Shown: positions 27,672 through 39,451 of the stretch, piece after piece
Position numbering within the stretch: position 1 is the stretch's first letter
How the letters are laid out: every line of letters starts with the position of its first letter
DNA from: an uncultured delta proteobacterium
Lineage (GTDB): Bacteria > Myxococcota > Myxococcia > Myxococcales > Myxococcaceae
Assembly: GCA_963771175.1 (NCBI GenBank)
Contig: CAVYSY010000046.1
Location: 64,001 to 128,000 of the forward strand
Reading direction: 5' to 3'
Length of the DNA stretch: 64,000 bases
Notes under the pieces: model-generated
Database searches by the model: none
What the model was told of the DNA's origin: nothing
What the model saw: only the letters and a program-made list of their open reading frames with translations
Position numbers and translations under genes: made by a program

Positions 27672-29125
27672 CGCACCTGGATGGCGTCGGCGATGACGTT
27701 GTAGCCCGTCGTGGTCCAACGGCTGAGCTGCACCTTGTTCCAGCCGGCCGGGAAGCTCCAGGTGCCGAGCGCGTTCCACTTGCCGCCGTTGAGCTGCTGG
27801 TTCACGTTCACCGTGGCCAGCTTGGTGCCGCTCGAGTTCCAGATGACGAAGGGCGCCGTCGTCGAGCGGTTGGTGCCCGCGGTCCACCAGGCGTCGATCG
27901 TCTTGGTGGCCGCCGCCGGCAGGTAGAACCAGAACGTCGCCGGGTCCGACACCGCCTGGGTGCTGGCGTAGTAGTAGCCCGAGCCGTAGTAGCCCGCCGT
28001 GGACGACGAGGAGATCCAGTTCGCCGACACCTCGATGTAGCCCTTGGTGGTGTCGTTGTTGGTGTTGTTGCTGTCGATGACCAGGCCCGTGGGCGTCGTC
28101 CCGCCCGAGGTCCACAGGTACGTCACGGTGACCCAGTCGTTGTTGCTCATCCCGAGGTCGTACCAGAACGTCCCATCGGCGAGGTCGATGCCCGCGGGAT
28201 TGGCTGGCCGGCGCCCGAACTGGTCATACCCGCCGTTGTAGCCGTCCTGGTACGCGGCCTGGGCCTCGGGCTTGCCCTGCGGCAGATCCTTCCACATCTC
28301 GCGGACACTCGAGGGATTCCAGTAGTCATCCTTCGTGTTCCAGGGGCCCACGTCCCAGACGGAAGTGGTCGTGCACTTGCCCGTCACCGAGTAGCACAAG
28401 CGCACCTGGTACTCGGTGCCTCCGTTGCTCGCGAGGGCCCGGCGCGACGGCAGCGCCACGAAGCGATCACTCGTCTTGATGACGTGGCCGTTGGCTGTCG
28501 TTCCGCCCACCAGCCCCTCGCGCGTGGCGAAGATGCGGTAGCTCAACGGCGTCGCCAGGGTCGCGAGCTCCTGGGAGGCGGTGCCCCCCTCCAGCGTTCC
28601 CTCCAGCTTCACCTCGTGCACCAGGGGCCCGCGGCCGTGGTCGTCCGACAGCAGCGCGAGCCTCACCTGCACCTCCGTGCCGGCCCAGGGCAGGCGCACG
28701 GCCTCTCCCGCGTTGGAGGTACGCCACTCGCTCCAGGCGCCGCCGTCCGCACGCACCCGGACATCCACCTCGACACCCATCCCCAGGGCACTCTTCGCCT
28801 GGAGCAGCGGCTGGATCGTGTCCACGGGCTGCTCCAGCCGGCGGGCCGGGAAGGTGTAGAGGCCGGTGAGCCTGAGCAGCCCTTCGGATCTGCGCATGAC
28901 GGCATAGGGCTCGAACAGCAGTCCCTCCCGGGTGCGCACCAGCTCGCCCGTGCCCTCTCCGGTGGCGAGCTCCTCCACCCAGCGCTGGGCGCTGGCGACA
29001 CCCGGCGCGGCGGGACGGAGCGACTCCGCGGCGGGCTCCTGGGGGGCCTCCGCGAGCGCGGCGCCTTCCGCCAGCGCTACTCCCAACATCATCGTCATGA
29101 AGGTGGACCGCAACATCGAGCGCAT
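27668..29125 (-). CDS. Secreted protein with a DPBB (RlpA/3D-like) domain and a C-terminal golvesin/Xly-CBD-like domain
   Basis: AAGGAG RBS, signal peptide; TANG..FVALPS..WDVGP..GIDL motifs; C-terminal [29 protein letters not shown]. Confidence 0.7.
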   Translation of the reverse strand: MRSMLRSTFMTMMLGVALAEGAALAEAPQEPAAESLRPAAPGVASAQRWVEELATGEGTGELVRTREGLLFEPYAVMRRSEGLLRLTGLYTFPARRLEQPVDTIQPLLQAKSALGMGVEVDVRVRADGGAWSEWRTSNAGEAVRLPWAGTEVQVRLALLSDDHGRGPLVHEVKLEGTLEGGTASQELATLATPLSYRIFATREGLVGGTTANGHVIKTSDRFVALPSRRALASNGGTEYQVRLCYSVTGKCTTTSVWDVGPWNTKDDYWNPSSVREMWKDLPQGKPEAQAAYQDGYNGGYDQFGRRPANPAGIDLADGTFWYDLGMSNNDWVTVTYLWTSGGTTPTGLVIDSNNTNNDTTKGYIEVSANWISSSSTAGYYGSGYYYASTQAVSDPATFWFYLPAAATKTIDAWWTAGTNRSTTAPFVIWNSSGTKLATVNVNQQLNGGKWNALGTWSFPAGWNKVQLSRWTTTGYNVIADAIQVR

Positions 29126-29256
29126 GGACCGACTCCTTGGAAATCGCGGGGGGAGCAGTGAATACGGGGTATTCGCTCCTTCCAGGAAGATGGCCCAGGC
29201 GCCTCTCGATCTCCAAGAAAAAATGGAATCCGTCTTCTGGCGACCCGTGGCGGCGC

Positions 29257-30208
<952 letters not shown>

Positions 30209-30361
30209 GTGGGGGCTCCTTGTGTTGAGGGTGGGGTCGCGGCGGGGGCGACCTGGCGCGCATCGTAGTCCGCCCTGGCGCGGCTGCACCCGGAGTTTCT
30301 CCAAGGAGGGGATTGTCCTTCTGGCTGCTGGCAGCGGAACTCCTGGACGGAGGTGCCTGGG

Positions 30362-32026
30362 CTACGGCGGACGCTCGCCGGGCAGGACCGCCGTGGGCTC
30401 CTCGCTCCTCGCCTCGGTGGGGATGTGCATCTGCCGGGTCTCCTGATCCATGCTCCGCACCGGGGCCAGGCCTCCCTGCCGCGCGAGCGCCTCCTGGACG
30501 AGCCGCGCCAGCTCCCGCTGCCCGTGAGGGTAGGGCGCGAGCTCTCCGGTCAGCTCACAGAGCTGCTCGCGCAGCCGGTGTCCTCGCTGCGTGCGGTCCA
30601 CCACCTGCCACTGCAGCAGGCCCATGATCGCCGCATCCAGTACAGGGGGGATCTCCGGCCGGACGGCCGAGGGCGGCACGAGGAAGGGCGGCGGGGCGCT
30701 GCGCACCGAGTTGGAAGCATCCTCCTTGTCGAAGACGAGCCGTCCCGTGAGCGCCTCGTGCAGCGTGAGGCCGAGCGCGAAGAGATCCGCGCGCCCGTCG
30801 AAGGGCTCGCCCCGGGCCTGCTCCGGGGCCAGATAGCCCAGCTTGCCGCGGACCCGGTCCACCTGGGTGAGGCGGACGTGGATGGCCGCTCGCGCCACCC
30901 CGAAGTCCCCCAGCTTCACCTCGCCGATGCGCGACAGCAGGATGTTGGGCGGATTCACGTCCCGGTGGATGAGGTTCAGCGGGGTGCCGTTGCTCGAGGT
31001 GCGCCGGTGCACGTAGTCGAGCGCATCGCCCAACTCGGCCCCGAGGTAGGCCACCACGGCCGGCGGCAGCGGCCCGTGACTCTTGAGCAGCTCGCGCAGG
31101 GACATGCCCTCGATGTGCTCCATGGCCATGAAGTAGGTGTCCGCGAAGCGGCCCACGTCGAGCACCTGGACGATGTTGGGGTGGTTGAGCAGCGAGCCCA
31201 GCTCCGCCTCCCGGCGGAACAGCGTCACGAAGTCCTCGTCCTCGGCGTAGGCCGGGAGGATGCGCTTGATGGCCACCACCTTCTCGAAGCCGCCCTCCGG
31301 GCTGTACGTGGCTCGGAACACCTCCGCCATGCCTCCCACCCCCAGCCGCTCGTGGAGGAAGTACTTGCCCAGCAGATCCTTCGCCCGGATGGCGTGCAGC
31401 GCCTCCTCGGCCTTGTGCGTGAGGTGGCCAGCCACCATCGCCGCCATCCACCCGGTGACGAAGTAGTAGCCCGCGCGCAGCACGATGATGGGCGGGGAGA
31501 ACATCAGCGGGATGGGCTCGACCAGCCGTGGCCAGGCCAGGAGGAAATAGAGCAGCACCGTCTCGGCGGCCACGACGCTGCCCGCGAAGAGGGCCAGGCT
31601 CCGTTTGGAGCGCAGCGCCGCGAGCAGGATGAACGCACTCCACAGGACGGCCATGGGGTTGGTCAGCGCCTGCTCGGCATCCGCGAAGAGGACGTCGCCG
31701 AGATAGAGGAACGCTCCGGTGGAGGTCTCCAGCGTGACGTTGACCCAGAGGATGGCGGGGTGGAACCACCCCCGCCGCAGCCGCCGGTGGAGCCACTCGT
31801 AATAGAGGGCGAAGAAGATGCACAGGCCCGCGACGGAGATGGAACGGGGCCAGCCGATGAGGGGCCCCAGCCCGAGCGTGGAGACGGTGAAGACGCAGGC
31901 CACCCTGCTGATGAACCGGGCCACCGAGGCCTCACGGGCGGCGGCGTCCGCCCGGAGGTGCTCGGCGAGTAACTTCGTGCCGAGCGGAGCCGCACTGGCT
32001 GCACGGGACTGACTGGGGGAGCTCAC
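30362..32026 (-). CDS. Ser/Thr protein kinase with an N-terminal multi-pass membrane domain
   Basis: ~5-6 TMs, then LGVGGMAEV, VAIK, HRDVNPPN, DFG, YLAPEQ; GTGA overlap with the upstream gene. Confidence 0.9.
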   Translation of the reverse strand: MSSPSQSRAASAAPLGTKLLAEHLRADAAAREASVARFISRVACVFTVSTLGLGPLIGWPRSISVAGLCIFFALYYEWLHRRLRRGWFHPAILWVNVTLETSTGAFLYLGDVLFADAEQALTNPMAVLWSAFILLAALRSKRSLALFAGSVVAAETVLLYFLLAWPRLVEPIPLMFSPPIIVLRAGYYFVTGWMAAMVAGHLTHKAEEALHAIRAKDLLGKYFLHERLGVGGMAEVFRATYSPEGGFEKVVAIKRILPAYAEDEDFVTLFRREAELGSLLNHPNIVQVLDVGRFADTYFMAMEHIEGMSLRELLKSHGPLPPAVVAYLGAELGDALDYVHRRTSSNGTPLNLIHRDVNPPNILLSRIGEVKLGDFGVARAAIHVRLTQVDRVRGKLGYLAPEQARGEPFDGRADLFALGLTLHEALTGRLVFDKEDASNSVRSAPPPFLVPPSAVRPEIPPVLDAAIMGLLQWQVVDRTQRGHRLREQLCELTGELAPYPHGQRELARLVQEALARQGGLAPVRSMDQETRQMHIPTEARSEEPTAVLPGERPP

Positions 32027-34057
32027 TTCCCCTCGAACTCCGCGGTGAAGACCAACCGCTGGTCTCCCAACAGCGCGAAGGTCTTCTCCCAGACGGCGCC
32101 GTCCAAGGTGACGCGCAGGTGGTGCTCGCCCTCGAACATCGTCAGATCGGAGATCGGTGCCGTTCCCTTCTCGTGTCCGTCGAGCGAGATGTGGGCCCCC
32201 GGGGAGCGTGGACCAGGACCACGCCCATGCCCAGGCGGATGCGGAACGTGGACGTGCCATCGTGGGTGATGTCGATCATCCGGGCCGTCCTCACCAGGCC
32301 CCGCGCCGGATCGGTCAGCGTCAGCGTGTAGTGGCCGGGCGCGAGTGGAATCGTCAGGGGAGTACGGCCGAGTGCCCGGCCCTCGAGGGAGACGTCCACG
32401 TCGGGGCTCACGAAGATCTCGACCATCGAGGGGGGCACGCTGGGCGCCGTCGGCGCCGCGATGGCGGCCTTCGGGGTGCTCACGCCGGCATCTTTCGGGG
32501 CCTGGGGCTCCGCCGTGAGGAGCTCGGACGGGGCGAGTTGGGGCGTTTCCGCCATGGCCGCCTGATCGGGCTCCATGAGCGCGGGCTTCTCCCGGGTGCT
32601 CCAGATGGCGCCAACCGCGCCCAGGATCAGCAGGGCCCCGATGGCGGTGGCGAGGAGTGCCGTCGGTCTCCGCCGCGGAGGGCGCACGGGCGCGGCGAGG
32701 GTCTCGACCTTGACCGTCGGTGCGCTCGCGGGATCTGCCTCGGTCCCGGTCATGCCAGGAGCTGGGTCCTCGGACGTGGCCTGGAGGACGGGGGTGGGCT
32801 CGGTGAGGGCCTCGGCCTGGAGGGTAGGGGAGGGCTCGGTGATGGGAGCCGCTTGGAGGGTGGGTGAGGGCTGGGTGGTGGCCTCGGCCTGGAGGGTGGG
32901 CGCGGGCTCGGTGATGGGAGCCGGCTGGCGGGTGGGCGAGGCCTGGGTGATGGCCTGGAGGATGCGCGCGGGGTTGGTGATGGGCTCGGCCCGGAGGGGA
33001 GGGGCGGGCTGGGTGGTGGGTGCCGCCTGGACGCCGCGCGAGGGGTTGGTGACGGGCTCGGCCCGGAGGGGAGGCGCGGGGGTGGAAACGGATGGACGCG
33101 TGACGGGTGGGGCGGACGGATCCAGCTGGCGAGCCAGGTCCTCGAGACCCTTCGCCAGCAGCTTCTTTCGTGCGACCCGGGCCTCGGCGTCGGGGGGGAG
33201 CAGCTTGCCGAGGAGCTCGGCGAAGGCCACGGGAGTGGGCAACTCGCCGATGGCGGCCACCAGGGCGTCGCGGAAGGCGAGGGCGCTCGGGTAGCGCTGA
33301 TCGGCACGCTTCGCCGTGGCACGCCGGACCACGTCGTTGAGGGCGAGAGGGATCTCCGCCGGGAGGGGGGCAGCGGGCGGTTGAGGATGGCCTTGTCGGG
33401 CTCCAGCGAGTCCTGGAAGGGCTTGCGCCCCGAGAGGCACTCGTAGAGGAGCAGGCCGAGGAGGAACACGTCCGTCAGAGCGGAGGAGGCCGCCCGGCCG
33501 CCCATGAGCTGCTCGGGGGCGCTGTACAGGCGCTGGTTGCGCTTGCGGAGGATGTTGCGCTCGCGAGGGGCCACGCTCAGCGCGCCATAGCCCGTCACCT
33601 TGCACACGCCGCTGAACGAGACCATGACGGTCTCCGGGCGCAGATCGCCGTGCACGAGCGGTGTCCCGTCGTCACTGCCCGCCACATGGGCGTAGTGGAC
33701 TCCCGTGGCTACATCCGCGGCGACGAGCGCGGCGAAGGGGGGCGGCAGGCGCTGGCCCGCCTCCAACACCTGGCGAAGGGGCTCTCCGTCGGCGTACTCC
33801 GTCACCCGGGCGAGGCGGCCCTCCAGCGTCACCAGCCCAAGCACGCGGAGGATGTTGGGGTGCTCGAAGATGGAGGCGCGATCCGTCTCCTTCTGGAGCC
33901 GGGACACCAGGGTCGGATCCTGCGTCACCTCCAGCGGGGCCCACACCAGCACGACGGCTCGTGGTGGTGCACCGTCCTCGAGAGCCAGCGCGAGGATGGG
34001 GCGAGACCCTTCGCCGGGGACGAGGGGACCGAGTTGTTGATAGCGAAGCTGGCTCAT
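32023..34057 (-). CDS. Ser/Thr kinase-like protein (probable pseudokinase) with Pro/Thr repeats, a TM and PEGA-like domains; indels near 33360 and 32200
   Basis: HPNILRV, HGDLRPE, TGYG in place of DFG, YSAPEQ; joining three frames at C-runs gives ..LGRTPL..GTAPI..FEGK*. Confidence 0.75.
32778..33095 (-). repeat. Degenerate 36-bp (12-aa, QAAPITEPSPTL-like) intragenic tandem repeat, ~9 units
   Basis: GGCCTGGAGG-like anchors at 32778, 32814, 32850, 32886, 32922, 32952, 32988, 33024, 33060. Confidence 0.85.
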
Positions 34058-34165
34058 CTGTGCCCTGTTTTACGGCCCTTCCCCCTCTCGCCGCCAGTCC
34101 CCTGCTGGCCCATGGGCTGGATCAGCATGGGGTTGACTCGCTCGGGGCGTTCGGAGTGGGGCGGA

Positions 34166-34244
34166 TGGCCGGCCTCCCGGGCGCGCTTTTCAAAAACCTG
34201 TCCGACTGTCGGACAGGTTTTTCGAGACCGAGCCCGGCGGGGCC
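34166..34244. repeat. ~80-bp REP-like palindromic element, copy 1 (core AAAAACCTGTCCGAC-T-GTCGGACAGGTTTTT at 34192-34222)
   Basis: Perfect 15-bp inverted repeat; near-identical copy at 43360-43437; lies just after the glgB stop. Confidence 0.9.
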
Positions 34245-36446
34245 TACCCTGGCGTGAACCAGAGCACCGACAGGGGGCGGGAGCGTCAGCGAGGCCGAGG
34301 CGTCCTGCCCGTCCCACCCCTGCGGATCCGTGTGGATGCGCCCCATGTTGCCGATGCCGGCGCCGCCGTAGTCCTGGGCATCCGTGTTGAGGATCTCCAG
34401 GTAGCTGCCGTGGCGGGGGAAGCCGACGCGGTAGCCCTCGCGGGGCACGGGGGACAGGTTGGCGATGCACACCACGTGACCGCCCGGCTGACGAGAGCGC
34501 CGCACGAAGGCGAGCACGTTGGCCGCCGCCGAGTCCGGCTGCAGCCATTGGAAGCCGAGCGGCTCCGAGTCCGCGTCGTACAGCGCCGGGTGGCTCCGGT
34601 AGAGCTTGTTGACGTCCGCCAGCATCGCCTGGATGCCCGCGTGGCCCGGCTCCTGGAGCAGGTGCCAGTCCAGGCTGCGGTCGTTGTTCCACTCCGCGGG
34701 CTGGCCGAACTCGCCGCCCATGAAGAGCAGCTTCTTGCCGGGGTGCGCCCACATCCACGCCAGCAGCGCCCGGAGGTTGGCGCGCTTCTGCCAGGCGTCC
34801 CCCGGCATCTTCCCGTACAGCGAGCCCTTGCCGTGCACCACCTCGTCGTGGGACAGCGGCAGCATGAAGTGCTCGTTGAAGGCGTACAGCAGGCCGAAGG
34901 TGAGCTGGTTGTGGTGGTGCTGCCGGTAGATCGGGTCCTTCGAGAAGTACGTCAGCGTGTCGTGCATCCAGCCCATGTTCCACTTGAAGTGGAAGCCCAG
35001 GCCGCCCTCGGAGGTGGGCTGGCTCACCTTGGGCCAGGCGGTGGACTCCTCGGCGATCATCACCGCGCCCGGGAAGCGGCGGCGCACGGTGTCGTTGAGC
35101 TCGCGCAGGAAGGAGATGGCCTCCTCGTTCTCGCGGCCGCCCCAGCGGTTGGGAATCCACTCGCCGTGCTTGCGGCTGTAGTCGAGGTAGAGCATCGAGG
35201 CCACCGCGTCCACGCGCAGGCCGTCGATGTGGTACTCGTCGAGCCAGAAGAGGGCGTTGGCGATGAGGAAGTTGCGCACCTCGTTGCGGCCGAAGTTGAA
35301 GACGTAGGTGCCCCAGTCCGGCTGCGTGCCCTGGCGGGGATCCGCGTGCTCGTAGAGGGCCGTGCCGTCGAACTGCCCCAGCGCGTGCGCGTCGCGCGGG
35401 AAGTGGCCGGGCACCCAGTCCAGGAGCACGCCGATGCCCTGCTCGTGCAGGTCGTTGACGAGGTAGCGGAAGTCATCCGGGTGTCCGAAGCGCGCGGTGG
35501 GCGCGTAGTAGTTGCCCACCTGGTAGCCCCAGGAGCCGCCGAAGGGGTGCTCGGAGACGGGCATCAGCTCCACGTGGGTGAAGCCCATGCGCTTCACGTA
35601 CTCTCCCAGCGCGCTCGCCATCTCGCGGTAGGTGAGAGGGCGATCCCCGTCCTCCAGCACACGCCGCCACGAGGCGAGGTGCACCTCGTAGACGGACCAC
35701 GGCTCATGGTCCACGTTCTTCGTGGCGCGCGCCGTCATCCACTTCTCGTCCGTCCACTGGAAGAGGTTCAGGTCATGCACCACCGAGGCCGTGGCCGGAG
35801 GCACCTCGGTGCGGAAGGCGAACGGGTCCGACTTGAGGAGGCGCGCACCGCCGTGTCCCGGGCGGATCTCGAACTTGTAGCGCGTGCCCTCGCCGGCCTC
35901 GGGGATGAAGATCTCCCAGATGCCCGAGGCGCCCATGCGCCGCATCGCGTGCAGCCGGCCGTCCCAGCTATTGAAGTCGCCCACCACGGAGACGCCCGCG
36001 GCCGTGGGTGCCCACACCGCGAAGGCCACGCCGCTGATGCCGTTGTGGTGGAGGGGGTGCGCCCCCATGCGCTTCCAGAGCTGCTCGTGCCGGCCCTCGC
36101 CCGCGAAGTACAGGTCCATCTCGCCCAGCGTGGGCAGGAAGCTGTACGGATCCCTCAGGGTGAACGTCTTGTTGCCCGGGTACTCCACCTCTATCAGGTA
36201 GTTGAAGGCCTCCGTCCTACCGCTGAGCCGGGCCTCGAAGACGCCCCCCAGCCGGTGCGTCATGGGGATGCGCCCGCCGAACTCCGGCAACACGTGGATG
36301 GAGATCGCGTCCGGGCGGTAGGCCCGCACCACCATCGCGTCCCCATCCGGGTGGATGCCCAGCACGCGGTGCGGCTCGGGGTGCCTCAGCTCCACCACCT
36401 GCTGCAGCTCCGCATCCACCTGCTGCCGATCCATCGGCTTCTTCAC
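34244..36446 (-). CDS. glgB: 1,4-alpha-glucan branching enzyme (extra C near 34275 hides the true C-terminus LPPLSVLWFTPG*)
   Basis: FAVWAP, YEVHLASW, SWGYQ, DGLRVDAVASMLY, AEESTAWP, LSHDEVVHGK. Confidence 0.95.
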
Positions 36447-37780
36447 TTGCGGACCTCCATCCTCGAGAGCGCCTGGACGGGGATGCGCACCCAGTCCGGC
36501 CGGTTCTGAAGCTCGTAACGTACTTCGTAGAGCATCTTCTCCAGCTCCAGGGCGTCAAGCATTACGTAGAAGGTCGCGTCATCCTGAGGGAGGAAGGAGG
36601 CCCCGCGCGTGGCGATCCGGTAGCCCTCCAGGAAGGCCTGGCGCGCTGGGGCCACGCGCTCGCCGGCGGCCTGGCCCTCGAGCTGCACCGTCGCCTCCGC
36701 GTAGTCGAAGGAACGCAACATTCCCGCCACATCTCGCAGCGGCGAGTATTTCTCCCGCCGCAGGGAGAAGCTGCGCCCCGGCTCGCCCTCGAAGTCGATG
36801 ATGAGCCAGTCCCCCTCCGCCCGGAGCACTTGTCCGAGGTGCAGATCTCCGTGAATCCGGATTTTCTGCCCCGAGGGAGACACGGACGCCAGCCGCTTCG
36901 CCTGCTCGATGAGCCCCTCGCGCCGGCTCTCCAGCTCGGGGAACTGGCGCGCGGCATCGTTGAGGGTGACGCCCAGCTCGCCCACCATGGAGGCGCTCCA
37001 GCGCTGGAGATCCTCCGTCTGGATGGGCTCCGGAACGAAGGCTGGCTCATCGGTGCTGGAGGCGAGCGCGCGGTGCAGCTCACCGAGCCGCTGGCCCAGC
37101 CCGCGCATCTCCCCGAGGAAGCCCTCCGTCAGCTGGAAGCCGCGGCGGAAGTGATCCAGCGAGTAGCGCCAGCCGTCGATGGCGTTGGGGACGAAGCGGT
37201 GCACCACCGCCAGGGTGGCGCCCGCGGGCCCCTCCGAGTTCAGCGCCCCCAGCAGGGTGGGGGTGGCCCGGAAGGACGTCTTCGTCGCCAGGAAGCGGCC
37301 CATTTCGTACTCGGGGTTGATGCCGGCCTCCAGCTTGCGGATGACCTTGAGGATGACCTTCTCGGCGATCACCACCGAGGTGTTGCTCTGCTCCACCTGC
37401 ATCCGCCGCACCGGCAGGGGGGAGGGCAGGGCCATCAGCCCCTCCGGGGTGTCCAGCCACTCGCCCACGAGCTTGCCCGAGGCACTCGGGATCTCGCGCT
37501 TCTCGCGAATGAGGCCGAAGGTGGCGCGCAGCGCCTCCTCGTCCTCGAAGGCGTCCTGGATGCCCTCGGCCGAGGAGAGCACGGGCAGCAGGTAGCGATC
37601 CGGGTGGCCCAGCTCGTAGAGAACCTCCACCACGGCGAGCATGAAGTTCCGCCCGCTGGGCATCTCCACGACGGCATGGTCCACCACCGATACCGACTTG
37701 ATGGGCCAGGCCTTGCCCGCGAACCAGCGCTGGTTGCGGAGGTAGTCCGGCAGCTTCGTCAGATCGATGGGCGTGGTCAC
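36443..37780 (-). CDS. pep2: Maltokinase (Pep2/Mak)
   Basis: [41 protein letters not shown]; overlaps treS and glgB. Confidence 0.9.
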   Translation of the reverse strand: MTTPIDLTKLPDYLRNQRWFAGKAWPIKSVSVVDHAVVEMPSGRNFMLAVVEVLYELGHPDRYLLPVLSSAEGIQDAFEDEEALRATFGLIREKREIPSASGKLVGEWLDTPEGLMALPSPLPVRRMQVEQSNTSVVIAEKVILKVIRKLEAGINPEYEMGRFLATKTSFRATPTLLGALNSEGPAGATLAVVHRFVPNAIDGWRYSLDHFRRGFQLTEGFLGEMRGLGQRLGELHRALASSTDEPAFVPEPIQTEDLQRWSASMVGELGVTLNDAARQFPELESRREGLIEQAKRLASVSPSGQKIRIHGDLHLGQVLRAEGDWLIIDFEGEPGRSFSLRREKYSPLRDVAGMLRSFDYAEATVQLEGQAAGERVAPARQAFLEGYRIATRGASFLPQDDATFYVMLDALELEKMLYEVRYELQNRPDWVRIPVQALSRMEVRK

Positions 37781-39436
37781 GGCATTCCCCTCCCGGGAGC
37801 GAGCTTCTCGAGGCGGAACCACAGGAACATGTAGGGGCCCAGCGTGAGCTGGTACGGCATGCCGGAGATGCGAGGGAAGGGCGTCTCGCCGATCAGCTCC
37901 ACGGGCACCTGGCCCTCCCAGTCGCGCAGATCCAGCACCGCCGGTTGGGCGAAGCGCGAGAGGTTGCAGACGATGAGGATCGTCTGCCCCTCGTACTCGC
38001 GGGTGAAGGCGAGCACCTTGCGGTTGTCCGGGTTGAGCCAGCGCAGCCTGCCCATGGCGAAGGCGGGGTAGCGTTGGCGCAAGCGGAGCAGGCTCTTCAT
38101 CCAGTTGAGCAGCGAGGAGCGGACGCGGTCCTGGGCCTCCACGTTGATGCTCTGGTAGCCGTAGACGGGGTCCGCGATGATGGGGGCATACAGGCGCGCG
38201 CCATCCGCCCGGGAGAAGCCCGCGTTGCGGTCCGGCGTCCACTGCATGGGGGTGCGCACGCCGTTGCGATCGCCCAGGTAGATGTTGTCCCCCATGCCGA
38301 TCTCGTCCCCGTAGTAGAGGACGGGGGTGCCGGGCAGGGTGAAGAGCAGGCTGTGCATCAGCTCGATCCGCCGCCGGCCGTTGTCCATCAGCGGGGCCAG
38401 GCGGCGCCGGATGCCCACGTTGATGCGCATGCGCGGGTCCGTGGCGTACTCCCGGTACATGTAGTCCCGGTCCTCGTCCGTCACCATCTCCAGCGTCAGC
38501 TCGTCGTGGTTGCGCAGGAAGATGGCCCACTGGCAGTTGTCGGGGATCTCCGGCGTCTGCTGGAGGATTTCGACGATGGGCGTGCGGTCCTCGCGGCGCA
38601 CCGCCATGAAGAGGCGGGGCATGACGGGGAAGTGGAAGCCCATGTGGAACTCGTCGCCGTCGCCGAAGTAGACGCGCACGTCGGCGGGCCACTGGTTGGC
38701 CTCGGCCAGCAGCAGCTTGTCCGGGTACTCCGAGTCGATCGCCTTGCGCAGCCGCTTGAGGAAGGCGTGCGTCTCCGGGAGGTTCTCGCAGTTGGTGCCC
38801 TCGCGTTCGAAGAGGTAGGGCACGGCGTCGCAGCGGAAGCCGTCCACGCCCATGTTCAGCCAGAAGCGCATGACGTCCAGCATGTCTTCCTGCACTTCGG
38901 GGTTGTCGTAGTTGAGGTCCGGCTGGTGGCTGAAGAAGCGGTGCCAGAAGTACTGCTTGGCCACGGGATCCCACGTCCAGTTGGAGCGCTCGGTGTCCGT
39001 GAAGATGATGCGCGTGCCCTGGTATCTGTCGTCCGTGTCGCTCCACACGTAGAAGTCACGCTTGGGGCTCTTCGGATCCCTCCGCGCCTCCTGGAACCAG
39101 GGGTGCTGGTCGCTGGTGTGGTTGACCACCAGCTCGCTGAGGATGCGGATGTCGCGCTTGTGGGCCTCGTCGACCAGCCGCTGGAAGTCCTCGAGCGTCC
39201 CGTAGTCCGGGTGCACTGCGTAGTAGTCGGCGATGTCGTAGCCGTCGTCCTTCAGCGGCGAGGGGTAGAGGGGAAGAATCCACAGGCAGGTGATGCCCAG
39301 GTCCTGGAGGTAGGGGAGCTTCTCGATGAGCCCAGGGATGTCGCCGATGGCCATCCGCGTTCGAGTCATAGAACGCGCGGATGTGCAGCTCGTAGATGAC
39401 GGCCTTCTTGTACCAGAGCGGATCCGGCTGGGTCAT
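37777..39436 (-). CDS. treS: Trehalose synthase / maltose alpha-D-glucosyltransferase, 1-nt frameshift near 39352
   Basis: [15 protein letters not shown] joined to [45 protein letters not shown]. Confidence 0.93.
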
Positions 39437-39451
39437 AAGGGCGATGGAGTC

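Noticed and set aside
32778..33095. 36-bp periodic repeats as a CRISPR array
   Set aside because: In-frame, degenerate coding repeats with no unique spacers and no cas genes
34122..34243. GlgB C-terminal extension running through the palindrome
   Set aside because: Caused by one extra C near 34275; the corrected frame stops at 34244
36443..39046. 867-aa ORF as a TreS-maltokinase fusion
   Set aside because: The N-terminal part is an off-frame reading of treS; maltokinase starts at GTG 37780, overlapping the treS stop
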